Below, one piece after another: positions 39,024-51,899 of a stretch of 64,000 bases of DNA. Source of the stretch: Geosiphon pyriformis uo1 (taxonomy: Eukaryota; Fungi; Glomeromycota). Every line of letters starts with the position of its first letter. The first letter of the stretch is position 1. The notes under the pieces are model-generated. The model did no database searches. It was not told the origin of the DNA and saw nothing but the letters and a program-made list of their open reading frames with translations. The stretch lies in contig JAAOMT010000514.1 of assembly GCA_016748015.1 (NCBI GenBank), positions 542,924-606,923 on the forward strand, in the 5' to 3' direction. The position numbers were made by a program, and so were the translations under genes.

Positions 39024-40011
39024 TATTACCAGACAAAATTAGAGATATTATTTAACATGAAATTATTGTTATAATTCCCATCATTAATTAACATATATTA
39101 TTGTTTCAAATTATCACTTATTATATTAGCAAAATGTCTGAAATTATCATTTAATTAATAATCCAATGTGTATATGACACAAATGTAACCTAATTGCAAT
39201 GATCAATCATGCAATACTCTGAACTATGTAACATTCAAAAAGTTCGCCGAAATTTGTAGAAATTTGCCAAAATAATTGATAGTTTACCGAAATATCTAAT
39301 AGTTCGCAGAAATAACTTGTAGTTCACCGAAATGTATCTTTAGTTCAGCAAAATTGTAGAAAATAGCAAAGTTCGAATTCACAGAATAGTGTTATGACAA
39401 GTTGTATAAAAGAAGAGTGTCTCTCTTTGAGAAAATGTATCTTACTTCAGATTTAATAATTAGAATCATCCTTTACACACAAAAACAAAATAAATATTAT
39501 ATAAATTCAAAAAACCAAATTCTTAAATTATTTCCCTTGAAATTAAATAATTCCTACTAACAGTTTTGAAATTGATTAGCTACCAATTTCAGTAGATTGT
39601 TAAAACACTTTCAGGCCTGGATCCGAAACAACTTCCATAAATCATCAGTTTTACTTTTTCTTTTACATTTCTTTTATTCTCTTTCTTTTCTTATTATAAA
39701 TCATTTGGGTAGCCTACAAACAAGAATTCCTGTAGAAGAGTTGACTTTCACAGCAAAGTAACTACATATTTTTAGTGAGCTTCCAGACGAGCAATTCCTA
39801 GGAAAGGGTTGATGTTTACTACAATGTAACTATACAAAGTAACTGGCATGAAATTGGCCATTCCACTTATAAGCCCAACAGTTCAAATTATAAAAGATAA
39901 TTTGAAGATAAATTCAGTTACTGGAGGTTCAACCACATTCAGAAAACGTGAATTCACAGCAAACAGGCATTAACAACATTTAAGAAAAGAGACCAAAAAC
40001 CTCTAGTAACA
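39024..40011 (+). repeat. E5 3' LTR
   Basis: PPT GAAGAGGAGGTTA at 39011-39023; collinear with the 5' LTR. Confidence 0.96.
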
Positions 40012-40088
40012 ATGGTTTGCTCCTATGATTTCTGATTCTGCCACTTTTAGATGATTGTTGTTGGTGCTGGTTTTTTGTAGGATTATAT

Positions 40089-40104
40089 CTCACAGAGAGC
40101 ACCA
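40089..40104 (-). other. E3 primer-binding site
   Basis: TGGTGCTCTCTGTGAG, 2 nt after the 5' LTR. Confidence 0.85.
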
Positions 40105-40106
40105 AA

Positions 40107-40931
40107 TGTTACAGATAATTATTTGGGGTCTTAAAGCAAATAACAAATCTGTAACTTGGTGCTTGATTGGTATTCTGGTGTTGATATCTGAAGGTTTGAT
40201 TGATCTGAAGGTTTGTTGCAAAGTTCTTTGTATAATGGGCAGAGATTTAATAGTTGTTTCAGTAGCCTCTGGAATCACAATTCCATTAAATTTTTTTCTC
40301 AGCATGGTGGCCAGTAATCCTTCTGGTAAGCTATCCTCAAATCTATAAGTGTTCTACCCTTGTTTTACAGATCTTTTATCAGTCTTTATAATGTCTGTAT
40401 CTTAGCGCTTAATCCTTAATCAATTTAGTAAAACCAAAGAAATAACAAAAAGAAATAAACAAAAGCAATTACAAGTTAGTATTCTGTCAATGGCTGTGAT
40501 CAAGAGCTATTGTTCCAGTGTAATTAAGTATTAATTACTATTAACATAAAGTGTTGATAATGGAGATAATAAATAATTATTTATTGATATTTGTAAATGG
40601 AAGGTTGTTTAAATCAGATCTAAACTGGAAGATTTCTAACTAAAAGATTCTGTCTTTTCTACTTTTAGCATTACTGCTATATATACATAATTGAGATTCC
40701 TTGATTTCTCAATTCCTTACATCAGGAATCCTGGAATTCCTGGAATTCTGCAATTTCTTTTGAGAGGAATTCTGGAATTCTGGAATCTTGTAATTCTTTG
40801 TACAAGAATCCTGAAATTTCTGGAATCCTGTGATTTTTTTTGAGAGGAATCCTGGAATTCCACATTTACTACAGTTATTTCTGATTGGCTAATTTATGCT
40901 AATATACACTTCCTATATTCTATGAGTAACA
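40107..40931 (-). repeat. E3 5' LTR
   Basis: Minus strand TGTTACTC...CTGTAACA. Confidence 0.95.
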
Positions 40932-42005
40932 GTGTAACAATTGGAAATGTCTATCCATTTCCAAAAATTGATGACATGCTAAATGCTTTAGGAAAAGCCA
41001 AGTTCTTTTCAACTTTAGACTTGAAAAGTAGATACTGGCAAGTCAAAATGAACCCAAAAGATCAACCCAAAACAGCATTTACCACCCAAGGAGGAAACTA
41101 TGAGTTTAATGTTATGTCTTTTGAACTCTACAATACACCAGCAACATTTCAGTAATTCATGAATATTGTATATGAAAAACTCTTATGACAATCAGTAGTT
41201 GTCTATCTTAATAACACTGATGTATACTGACCAAGCTTTAAAACCCATCTTATTTACCTGTGAGAAGTTTTCCAATGATTATGGAAAGCAGGATTAAAGT
41301 TGAACATTGAGAAATGTCACTTTAGAAAAACAAGTTTAATTTTTTTTGAACACATTGTTAGCAAAGATGGATTCAAACCAAATGCTGGAACAATTAATGC
41401 TGTTAAAAACTTTCAAACACCCAGAAATACTACAGAGCTATAAGGATTTGTAAGATTAGTCTTCTACTATTGAAAATTCATAAAAGAATTTTCAGAAATT
41501 GCCAAACTACTCAACTATCTCACCAACAAAAACGTACCATATCAATAAACTGAAGAACAACAAAAAGCTTTTGAAATTCTCAAAACAAAATTAACAACAG
41601 CTCCAGTTCTTGCTTATTCAGACTTTAACAAATGGTTCCAACTAGTCATTAATGTCTTACATATAGCTTTTGGTGTCATTTTATTACAATTAGATGAAAA
41701 TGGCCAAGAACAAGTTATTGCCTATGCTAATAAGACACTCAAACCAACAGAACTCAAATATGGCTCAACTGAATTAGAAGCTGCTGCAATTATTTGGGCT
41801 ATTAAACATTTTCAACAATATCTGAAAAATTGATATTATAACTAACAATATTGGCCTTAAATAGCTCAATAAAAAGAAAACTAAACAAAGTGCCAAAAAG
41901 TCTTGATGGAATGATTTCCTAGCAGACTACAAATATATTGTATACCACAAATCAAGAAAACTACACACCAATGTTGATAGCCTCTCAAGAATAAGACAAG
42001 ATTAA
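40932..42005 (+). pseudogene. pol: E2 RT and RNase H, 3' part
   Basis: YPFPKIDDML and KTAFTT motifs; stop at 42003-42005. Confidence 0.9.
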
Positions 42006-42060
42006 CATCATTAACAATTTTACTACAACTTATCACTATCAACAAAATAACAAAACAACA

Positions 42061-43347
42061 ATAAATCTCAGAAATTACAACAATCTTAAAAACTATTTGA
42101 AGACTTTTACTATGTCAGAAAATTAATTTTTAAGTAAAAAACATCGATTATAACACCAATCCAAACAATATTTTATACATCACAACAAAATTTATTATAA
42201 AAATTGCAGAAATCCAAACCAACCACTCAGATTAGTACAGGAAAATAAAAAAGAAACAATTCTATATAACATGCACACAGATCTTTTGTCAGCACACTTG
42301 GAAAGAAATGAAACAATCCAAAGAATTCTTGAACATTATTTTTGGCCTTATATGCAAAAAGACATTTGACAATATGTAAAATCTTGTGATAATTGTTAAA
42401 AAAAAGGAGAAACTTGCTTCACAAAACCTTTAAATCCAATCAAAGTTGGATAACTTTTTAACAGAGTTGGAATTGATTTAATTGGACCATTACCTATTAC
42501 AATCCAAGGAAATTGTTATATTGTAGTTGTAGTAGATTATCTTACCAAATGGCCTGAAGGTAGAGCCATTCAAAGAGCAAATGCAAAATCAGTAGCAAAT
42601 TTTATCTATAAAAACATTATTTGTAGACATGGATGCCCAATTAAACTTTTATTTGATCAAGAAACACATTTTGTGAACAATTTGATACAAGAAATTTGTG
42701 AACAATTCAATGTCAAAAGACCTCTATTATTACTTTATCACTCTTAAACAAATGGACTTCTAGAACATTTTAACAGAACATTGTGTGAATCTTTAGTTAA
42801 AGTCTCAACAGATTTTGAGCAAGAATGGGATATTTTTATTCCATCAGTATTACTAGTATACAGAACACTAAAACAAAATACTACAAAATACACACTATTT
42901 AATCTTACTTATGGAAGGACAGCAACATTACCAATTAATTTCATAGTAGAAACATATCCAGTACAACCAATAAATGAAGAAAACTTTCAAGAAACACTCC
43001 AAAGAAGAGCTTATACTCTTCTTAATACATTGGAAGGAAAGAGACACATAGCAGCCACTCATATTAAACATTTTTAAGCCTTATAAAAAGAAAAACATGA
43101 CAACAAATTACCATCAGTTACCAACAAATTTAAAGTTGAAAATAAAGTTTTCTTACACAGAACTAAGGCTGAAAAACAATGAAATGAAAAATTTGAACAT
43201 AAATGGGATGGACTATTTTATATTCACAAAATTTTAGGCAATGAATCATACAAGTTAAAACTTGATAACAAAGTATTAGCAAAAGTTGCACATGGAGATA
43301 AATTGAAACACTATCATTCCAAAAACAATCAAACTTGAATACTTAAT
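42061..43347 (+). pseudogene. int: E2 stand-alone integrase (start decayed to ATA; end approximate)
   Basis: Collinear with the E1 and E5 integrases. Confidence 0.88.
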
Positions 43348-43507
43348 TTAACATTTTTAATAATCTCTTCTAAAATACACAAACATAAAAACAAAAATAG
43401 TAAATAATTACAAAAAAACACTTAAACTCAAAAACAAATAAAAACCCTATACCCAAAATAATTTTCTTTATTTTTTTTTTCTCTTTATTAATTAGTTAAT
43501 TTTATCA

Positions 43508-44220
43508 TAATTATTTCCCGAAATATTCAACAAATATCTCAAAAATTAATGTTAGCCTTGAAAACACTTCCTGATTTATCCATAATGATTAATGGAAGTC
43601 AAATTAATTATATTTAAAAAAAAACCACAGCCCCAGTAGTAAATAATTCTCAGAACTATTACCCCTATAAAAGAAAAACAAGAGGTCACTCTGAAAATAG
43701 GTTACAAGAATTTTTGAAGCAAGCACTAAAAAAAAACTTTTTAATTGTCCCTATTGACATTCCACCAAATGTCACAATTTAACAAAAACTTCTACTATTT
43801 CTTAATGAAAAGAACAATAAACATACTCTTATATATGGATATTTTCATATTGGAAAAGCACTTTATGAACGAAAACTGAAACTTGAAGCAACCAACATCA
43901 TTCCTGAGGCTATACAAAAACAAATTCACAATAAATTCAAGACAGCAGCTGGACTAACAAATACTTACTACAAACTTAGAGCAGCATCTAGACTTTATGA
44001 TTTATTTAACACTTGTAAAAACGTCCTACAAAATCCAATACTCCATTCAATAAAGATTCAATATATTGGAAAGCTTTCAGAACTGAAATTTCAACAATTT
44101 TCAGACCAAATTACTTCAATTATCTTGGACCATTATCTTAATATCACAAATAGTGCTTGGACTTTGATAGAGCTCAGTCTTAAGAAGAAGATTATGTTAC
44201 CAGTAGAATTTAGCTATTAA
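43508..44220 (+). pseudogene. E2 accessory ORF3
   Basis: NIQQISQKLMLALK...YFHIGK...KLRAASRLYDLF...IQYIGKLSELKF. Confidence 0.8.
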
Positions 44221-45174
44221 TTAGCATGAAATTACCCTTATAATTCCTATTATTAATTAGCATACATTATTATTTATTTCAATTATTACTTATTATTTAA
44301 TCAAATTATCAAATATCATTACTCAATCAATAATCCGATTTGTATTTTAGAAATTAAGATGATCAAATTACACAATACCCTGAACCATTTAACATAGTCA
44401 AAATTCGCCGAAATTAATGAAAATTGGCCGAAATAATCAATAGTTCAGTGAAATAACTTGTAGTTTGCCGAAATGTATCTTTAGTTCACCCAAATTGTAG
44501 CAAAGAGAAAAGTACAAGTACAAGTTCAAAGACTAGTACTATAGCAAATTGTATAAAAAAAGAGCTTTTCTCTTCAAGAAAATGTATTTTTTTATAGTAT
44601 CTTATTATAGTAACTTATTTCAAATATCTTAATTGGAACAAATCACCTTTTTACAAAATCAAATAAAAATTAAAATATTCGAAAACCAAATTCTTTGATT
44701 ATTATACTTGAAATTCTTTCAACACAACTAATATTTTGAAATTGATTAGCTACCAATTTCAGTAATCTGTTAGTGACTCCAGGTCTGGATAGAAAACGTT
44801 TCCTTTGACAGAATTCTATTTTTTTTACATTTCTTTTATTTTTCTATTCTTTTCTTATTATAATCATTAGGGTAGCCTACAAACAAGATTTCTGTAGAAC
44901 AGTTGACTTTCACAAGAAAGTAACTACACATTTTTAGTGAGCTTCCAAATGAGCAATTTCTGGGAAAGAGTTGACATTTACTACAAAGTAACTACATAAA
45001 GTAACTGGCATGGAATTGGCTATTTCATTCATAAGCCCAGCAGTTCAAATTATAGGAGATAATTTAAAGATAAATTCAGTTATTGGAGATTCAATTGCTT
45101 TCAGAAAACATGAAATTAACAACAGACAAACAATAACAACATTCAAGAAAAGAGACCAAAAATCTCTGATAACA
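44195..45174 (+). repeat. E2 3' LTR (diverged family A)
   Basis: PPT, then TGTTACCAG...CTGATAACA. Confidence 0.93.
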
Positions 45175-48100
45175 GTGTACATCTCAAATAAATTAGATCA
45201 AATTTTATGTAATCTATTCTGTACATTAGTGAGCTTCCTAAAAACCAAAATTTCAAATTAACTGGCCAATTAGACACAGACAAACCAAATAATAGAGAAC
45301 TCTTATTATGCAAAAATTTTAATGTGACCTCAAACCAATAGGGAACAGGGCCTTTAGGATCCAATTTTTTCTACTGACAAAAGGTTTTCTAATTCATCAT
45401 ACAGCCTTTCTTATTGAAAAGTCTGTCACCAAAAGTGATCCCAAAATGCTTCAAAGAATGAACAAAACTAAGATACAAAGCTTTTCCAAGAATTGATGAC
45501 ATAAAAAAAACACCAGAACTATAAAAGACATTAGGCAAATTGTTTGCCAAAGACAGTTTATTATTCAAAAAAATCTTAACCACATCAGCCAGAAAATTGT
45601 TTATAGAACTAACAAGCAGCTTAACAGAGAACTGCAAAGGATTTAAAGAGGCCCACTCCAAGACCTGCAAATCCAAGAATCTATGATAAAATAAATAACC
45701 AAGAATGCTCAAAGCATTAGAAAATAAAACTACAGCTGCCAGTTTACTTTTTGATTGTACCTGCTCAAAAGATTTTAGACTATATAATAATGGATGATAC
45801 AAAGTTTTACTAAAAAAGTTTTGTGGCAAACATGCTTTAGTTTTAAGACTTTTTCTGATTATAACATCCCATTTTTGACACACACTTAACAAAACAAAAC
45901 TAAATTGAGTTTTGTAACCAACAATAGACTATAAAACAACTGATACCAAATAAGAAAATTGCTTATCTGTAATAGTTTTTTGGAGCACCACATTGACAAA
46001 GTAACAAACATTAGAATAAGTTTTAACTACATTTGGCTTAGACAATTCCTTAGTTGACAAAAAAATTTCCAGATATCTGTATGTCTCATTTCTTTTGGCA
46101 ATTAAAATTGACTGATCATTAATACTCAATAAAGCAACCTTAACATTCTAATTAATAGGAATAGCCACAGTCTTTTCAATATTAATTGAAATATCATTGA
46201 TTGAAAAAAATTTATTAACAATATTTAAAGTACATTGTATAGAAGCTTGACAATCTCCAATTCAAATTATATTATCCATAAAAACACCAGCCACAAAGAA
46301 GAAAGACAAACCACTACTGTTTTTAGTCCTGCCAGTCCTTGTTACAAACTTAATATCAATCCAATATTTACATAAATGTTCATGTCACTTAACTTCACAT
46401 AAGAGCAGATCATAAAAGATCCTCCAAAGAAGAAAAAAAAAATCTTATCTTAATTCAAACTATTATGTACTCTATAGCCTTTTAAAAGGCCAAAATCTAT
46501 TATCACCTTGTTAACCCTATTACTATGTATGCTACCAAAAAATGCTATAAATCTATTATACATCTTGATTTTTTTCAAGCTGGTCTCTAAGTAATGCCAA
46601 CTAATTAAGTCATATGTCTTATATATGTTTTGTAAAACCAACCAAAGTTCCTGATTCTTTTCTAATATGTTCTCAACCACCAAACCAACTGCAAACACAG
46701 AAGACTAAGTAGATATATCTTTTAAAACAGAATAGTTATTATTATAAAAGACACCAAACTTGCTGTATGCAGACAAAATTTTATTAGAAAGAATCTTAGA
46801 GAGAATTTTCTTGGCAGTTTTAATTAATACAATAAGTTAAGTGTTTGTAAGAATCCTGTTCTAGTTATAAGGTTTAAGAATCATTGAGACTCAAGCTCTC
46901 TTCCATAAAACAAAAACACTACCAACAGCTAAGCATGCATTCAACAATTTCAAAAACACTCTTTTATCTTATTTCCACTATGTTTCTATAGTTTATTAGG
47001 AATGTCATACAAGTCTACAGCTTTGCCATTAGATAGCCTATTAACAACCAAAAGCAACTCACCTAAACTGATCATGCATATTACATCACAAAAAGTATTA
47101 TCTCTTACATAATTCAATAGCACATATTGGCAAATTTAAAGATTAGACACTGCTGAAAACATATTCTGCTTCTTTGTCCAATTCTTTATAATCTTATCAA
47201 TATTGAGCTTCACTTTTTCTGGTTCCAAAACCAACTTATTATCTATTACTAAGTAATTTAAAATCACTTTGCAAAAAAGCTGATCCAAAACACTTCTAAT
47301 CATACTATTTTTATTAGAACAAAACTTATCCATGCACTTTTCAATTGCTTTTCTAATAAACACTTTCTTAGTCAGCTTTGACTTAAATATTTTGGACTTT
47401 CTATACTCCTTCTTGACCAGTAACAAATATTTGAAAATATTCATCAATTTTTTACTGTTCTAAACCATATTTGTTATTATAAGAGCATTATCAATATCTA
47501 AAATCAACTATTTCTTCATGAGGTAATTGAAACCAAGGATGTTATCTAAATCCAAACTCTTAACAATTTTGGCAACTAACAATTCCAGCCCTAAAAACTT
47601 AGAAGACTGCATATTTTTTGAACACTGAAAATTACCAAACCAAAGTCTAGAAAATATTTCATTAGCTGAGCCTACTATCATTCTTTCTAGCAATAACCAC
47701 ATAGTATCTAAATTACTATAAGCTTCCATATTTAGAAATTTATTTTTTATTCCTAAAAGCATGGCAGAAGAGCAATCCTTATACTGTGTCTATTTGGCAT
47801 CATCTGCATCCTTAATTTTAAACTTCCAACAATTTTTATTAGTTTGTTTATGCAAGCTATTCAGATAAATATCCAAAAACCCACCCAAGCTAATAAATAC
47901 TATAACAGCTTTGTAATTAGTGTCAAAAAAAGCAGACACAGAACCAACACCATAACTAGTAATTGCTAATGACAGGCTCTTACTTACAAAAATATAATCT
48001 AGAATCTTTTCAACATCTTCTAAGTTGCTTCAAGTTGAGGTCTTGACCAAAAAGTGCTCATTGAATGAATTAACCAAATTCAAACTCAAACAAAATTTAA

Positions 48101-49571
48101 AGCTTGTACTTTTTTCAGATCCATTTTTATTAAAATTCTTACCTAAGACCATGAAAGTATTGGAGTTAACAGCTTTTGCAATAAGAGAATTGACTTTTAA
48201 GGCCTGACTGAACTGAACACCAGAAAAAGTGCCAACATACAAATCTAAAATTGTAATTGAGACCTTGCTTTTGAAAAGAAGATACACCAAAATAACCTGA
48301 TATTACTCAAGTAAAAAAACAAATTAAAGTTATAAAGAAAACATGACCAAAAATATGACAACATGAAATAACACAAGATAATGCAAAAGAACACAGGATA
48401 ATATGCAATAACATAAGATAATGTGTTATAACATAAAATAACTAGTAATAACATAAGATAATATGTTATAATATAGTATAATTAGCAATAACATAGAAAA
48501 AGGAAGTAATAACAGAAATAGCAAAGCAATTAAAAAACATTCTATAAAACAAAAAAATGTATAAAAATAAGTAATTGTAGAAGTTAAAAAGACAGTCAAC
48601 AAAAAATTTCTGGAGAATTCAACAATACTTTTTCTTTAAAAGATAGTTTTTTATAACTTGAAGTAAAATTATTTCTCTATTAATAAAATTATTCATTATT
48701 ATCAAATCCATATTATTATTACTTAATTAAGAATATTAATTATTTTCACCACTATTAACACTTTATGTTAATAAAATCTAATACTTAACTATCTTAAACC
48801 AATAGCTTTTGATCATGGCTATTGACAAGATACTAATTTTTTATTTTTTTATTATTTTATTTTATTTTATTTTATTTTATTTTTTTTATTCTCTCTGATG
48901 GAGCAGCAACATAGTAAAATTAACTGTCTGGAAATAGACTTCATAATAGCCTGGTAAAAGAGGGAAGCTTTCCCTAAGTTTTAGATATTAACATTATCTT
49001 GGTAGCTTATTAGAAGGGCAAAAAGACAATGCCAGACCCTAATGACTGTACTTGTTAACTTAGAGAAAATAACTCATTTTTTAAAGAAGTTGTAATCAGC
49101 AAAAACCAAACTTTTGTGTCTTATAACTAAAAAACTCAATAAGTAAATTCACAACCAGTAGATAAAACCTTCAGAAATTAATAATTAAAACTAAGTTAAT
49201 AGAATTATGTAAAACATGTATTATCAATAATTAAGAACACCAAACATTACCATTTTCTTATCCTACCAAGTTTATCCATAACACTGACCAAGAACCTTCT
49301 CTATTTTAGAAACATAACAAGTCAGAAAATTGTTCATAATAATGGTAACACCAATACCAAGAAAATCAACATCTAACTCAAAGGTAAAAATTCAAATCTC
49401 ATCAAACCTATTCTTAATCTATGGCTTAATAGTAAATCTTAACTTTGTTTCAGTAACAAAAAAGACCATATTACTCGAATCAAAATGCCAACAAACTATG
49501 TCATCCTGTTTTGCAGAAACATTAAAGCCACAAACATTGAATATAGCAAATTTCCAAACCAAATTACTTAT
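45175..49571 (-). pseudogene. LINE ORF2 (APE endonuclease and reverse transcriptase), interrupted by a solo LTR
   Basis: FNVCGFN...VTETKL (APE); LWLVLQNIYKTYD; AGVFMDN (decayed FVDD); YRYLEIFLS. Confidence 0.88.
48301..49283 (+). repeat. Solo LTR of a third family (C), related to family B in R/U5
   Basis: TATTACTC...TAACA with a perfect 4-bp TSD CTGA; LINE frame KVLGQ|VILV is restored on removal. Confidence 0.9.
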
Positions 49572-51510
49572 TAAAAAATAAGAGAAGCTAACAAACCCAA
49601 ACCAAAACACAAATAATCCAACCTCTTTAAAACTGATTTAACTGATACTTTCAAAGCCACCATCTTAGATTTCAAACCACCTATCTTAGTAATTAGAACT
49701 TTAGAACTACTTGAACTAAAGTCAGCAACTATATTAATAATGACCAAAAAAGGAGAAGTGAAAAACATCAATGCATCATTCAGAGCCATATCCAAATCCA
49801 AATTAGAAGCCAAAGACACAGAAGTGACTGGAAGAGAAACATAAGATGCAGATATTAGGAGCACCAATTCTACAAAGCTCAATTTCCTAATGATATCTGA
49901 AACTTGGTCTGCTAAAGCTCCAAAGAGTGCTTCAAAGAAGCCAAATAATCAGCCAAACAGGAATTGTTAAAAGAGTTGGAAACCATTAACATGGGTTTCA
50001 CACTTAAAAACAAATCAGCACTGGGCAAAACTAATAAGACTATATGAGAAGGAGAGCTACTAATAATCTGGGCCCAAGTTTTACCACCAAAAAAAACTGG
50101 GCAAATGATAAGTGCCTGTTTTTTTTTATAAATATTGGCCAAGCAAACCCAATTCTGAGAAGTTACTACCCATTTACCATAACCACCAGAATTCTCATTC
50201 ACTAAACAATCACTAAAAATATGACCAAACTGTTTACATTAAGCACAATACACCAAAAAAAGACCAGCCCAGCACAAATTCACACTCTTAAACACTGAAG
50301 TAAAACCAATAGCAGCCAATTTAGATGCTTTATTCTTAAAACATACTACAGCACATCTATCATAAACATATGAGCCAGGATTACAGCCAATGAAACAAGT
50401 CTTCTCACTATATGATTCCAACAAATTAAACAAATCATGAGCAGTAGTGCTAACTAAAAGAGTATACAACAGAGCCTAATGCTAATTCCTTAATACTTAC
50501 AAATGTTTATTATCAACAGCCAGAACCACATATACAGAATTTTTTCCCATAAGCACAGACCACTTGGAAGCAATCAAATTGGCAATATTTGATGTTTCAA
50601 ACTCTACCAAAACCTTTTGTTAAAGACCAATTAATTGTATTTTAATAGAAATTATCTTACCAAATTTGAAAAACACAAATTTCACAGCTTATTTGAGAAA
50701 ATCAACTGGGATCTTCTTAACAACGATTTTCTAATTCATGTATTTGTTTATCTGCTTAATATTATTATTGACTAAAATTTTTTTACTAACAGCCAATTTT
50801 TTTGTCTTTTTTAAATTCAATTCAGATGTAAAAAAAGATCTGATAATCTCTGGAAATTTTGAAGAAATAGAGACTCTTTCAAAGCCATTCACTTGATAAA
50901 AATTTTTTTTCACACACAACAACTTATTACTATTAGTCTTGCTAAACACAGCAAACAACTTAACATCCAATGCAAATAATTTAACTGGCTCGAAGCTTTG
51001 TTTTTCCAGAACATGTAATTTGACAAACAGCACCTGATTAGATTTAACAAAATTAAAGAACAGAAGTACAAGAACATTATTATTATCACTTATGTTATCA
51101 AATAAAAGTACTTTGGAAGATTGGCCTAACACATAGATTTAAGTACAAGTTTTTCTCAGTGTGATTTTGTTTATGTTCTCATCACTTATCAAAGTGTCTA
51201 AATTTGCATAGCTTGTTTTTTCCATGACTGTGTTTTTTATGTTTTTAATATTTAAAATGCCACTAATATTGCTTGCAATACTGTTAACATTGCTACTCCA
51301 GAACACCACAGGTTTGACAGCAGCACCACCAATATTTTTTAAGCTCAGAAGACCAGCAGACAAGTCAATAACACCATCAGATACAGGCTTCTTAGATTTC
51401 TTATAAAACCCATCACAAAAGTAGATGCTATTTATACATTTTTTTTTGGCATTTAAGCAGATCCCCAAACCAGTCAAATCAGAACTAAAACCATTAACAA
51501 GTGTGCCCAT
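49571..51510 (-). pseudogene. LINE ORF1 (nucleic-acid-binding protein)
   Basis: Homologous to 62425-64000; decayed CCHC knuckle near 50240-50200. Confidence 0.8.
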
Positions 51511-51899
51511 CAGTTCTATTGTAACAAATATAAGAAAGTTTAAAGAAATAACTACAAAAAATAGAGAAAAAAAAAAAAGAGAAAGCTATATCTTCAACAA
51601 ATTTTTCACTTTCATCATGGTGTTACCAGAAGATTTTCACACTTTTCAATGCAAAAATTACAACACATACAATAGAAATTAACATCAAAATCATGTGAAA
51701 AAGGCCTACATCATCACACTTAATCAACAAAATCAGCCGGCAATCTGGAAATAAATGATCAGCAATTAATTTAATTACAACAAAGAAATATGGCACAATC
51801 CAACAGTTTAACTAAGTTGGATATAAAGAAATCTTGGCAAACTAAGAAACACCAATGGAAATGAATGATTGATGCATGTAATTAGATAACAACAGGTTT

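Larger units (their letters stand above)
30207..40011 (+). mobile_element. Complete Ty3/Gypsy element E5 (family A), inserted near the start of E3 gag
   Basis: Perfect 4-bp TSD ATGG (30203-30206 and 40012-40015); two 988-bp LTRs. Confidence 0.97.
11040..40931 (-). mobile_element. Complete Ty3/Gypsy element E3 (family B, about 10 kb net), interrupted by E4 and E5
   Basis: Paired LTRs 40107-40931 and 11040-11903, PBS and PPT. Flanks GCAT and GTGT both derive from a 4-bp GCGT TSD by CpG decay. Confidence 0.93.
7877..45174 (+). mobile_element. Ty3/Gypsy element E2 (older family A subfamily). Visible parts are 7877-11039 and 40932-45174. Inserted in a LINE.
   Basis: RT joins in frame across E3 (CTC AAC AGC GTA ACA ATT GGA, LNSVTIG); 3' LTR abuts LINE ORF2 at 45175. 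Confidence 0.92.
45175..51720 (-). mobile_element. Degenerate non-LTR retrotransposon (LINE, APE-RT type). 5' end approximate; 3' remainder expected upstream of the window.
   Basis: ORF1 followed by an APE endonuclease and RT. Confidence 0.9.

Noticed and set aside
40055-40348. Recurrent ORFs in LTR-B (also 10942-11281) and LTR-A (45010-45261)
   Set aside because: They recur only because the LTRs are repeats, and they are not preserved in the sister subfamily
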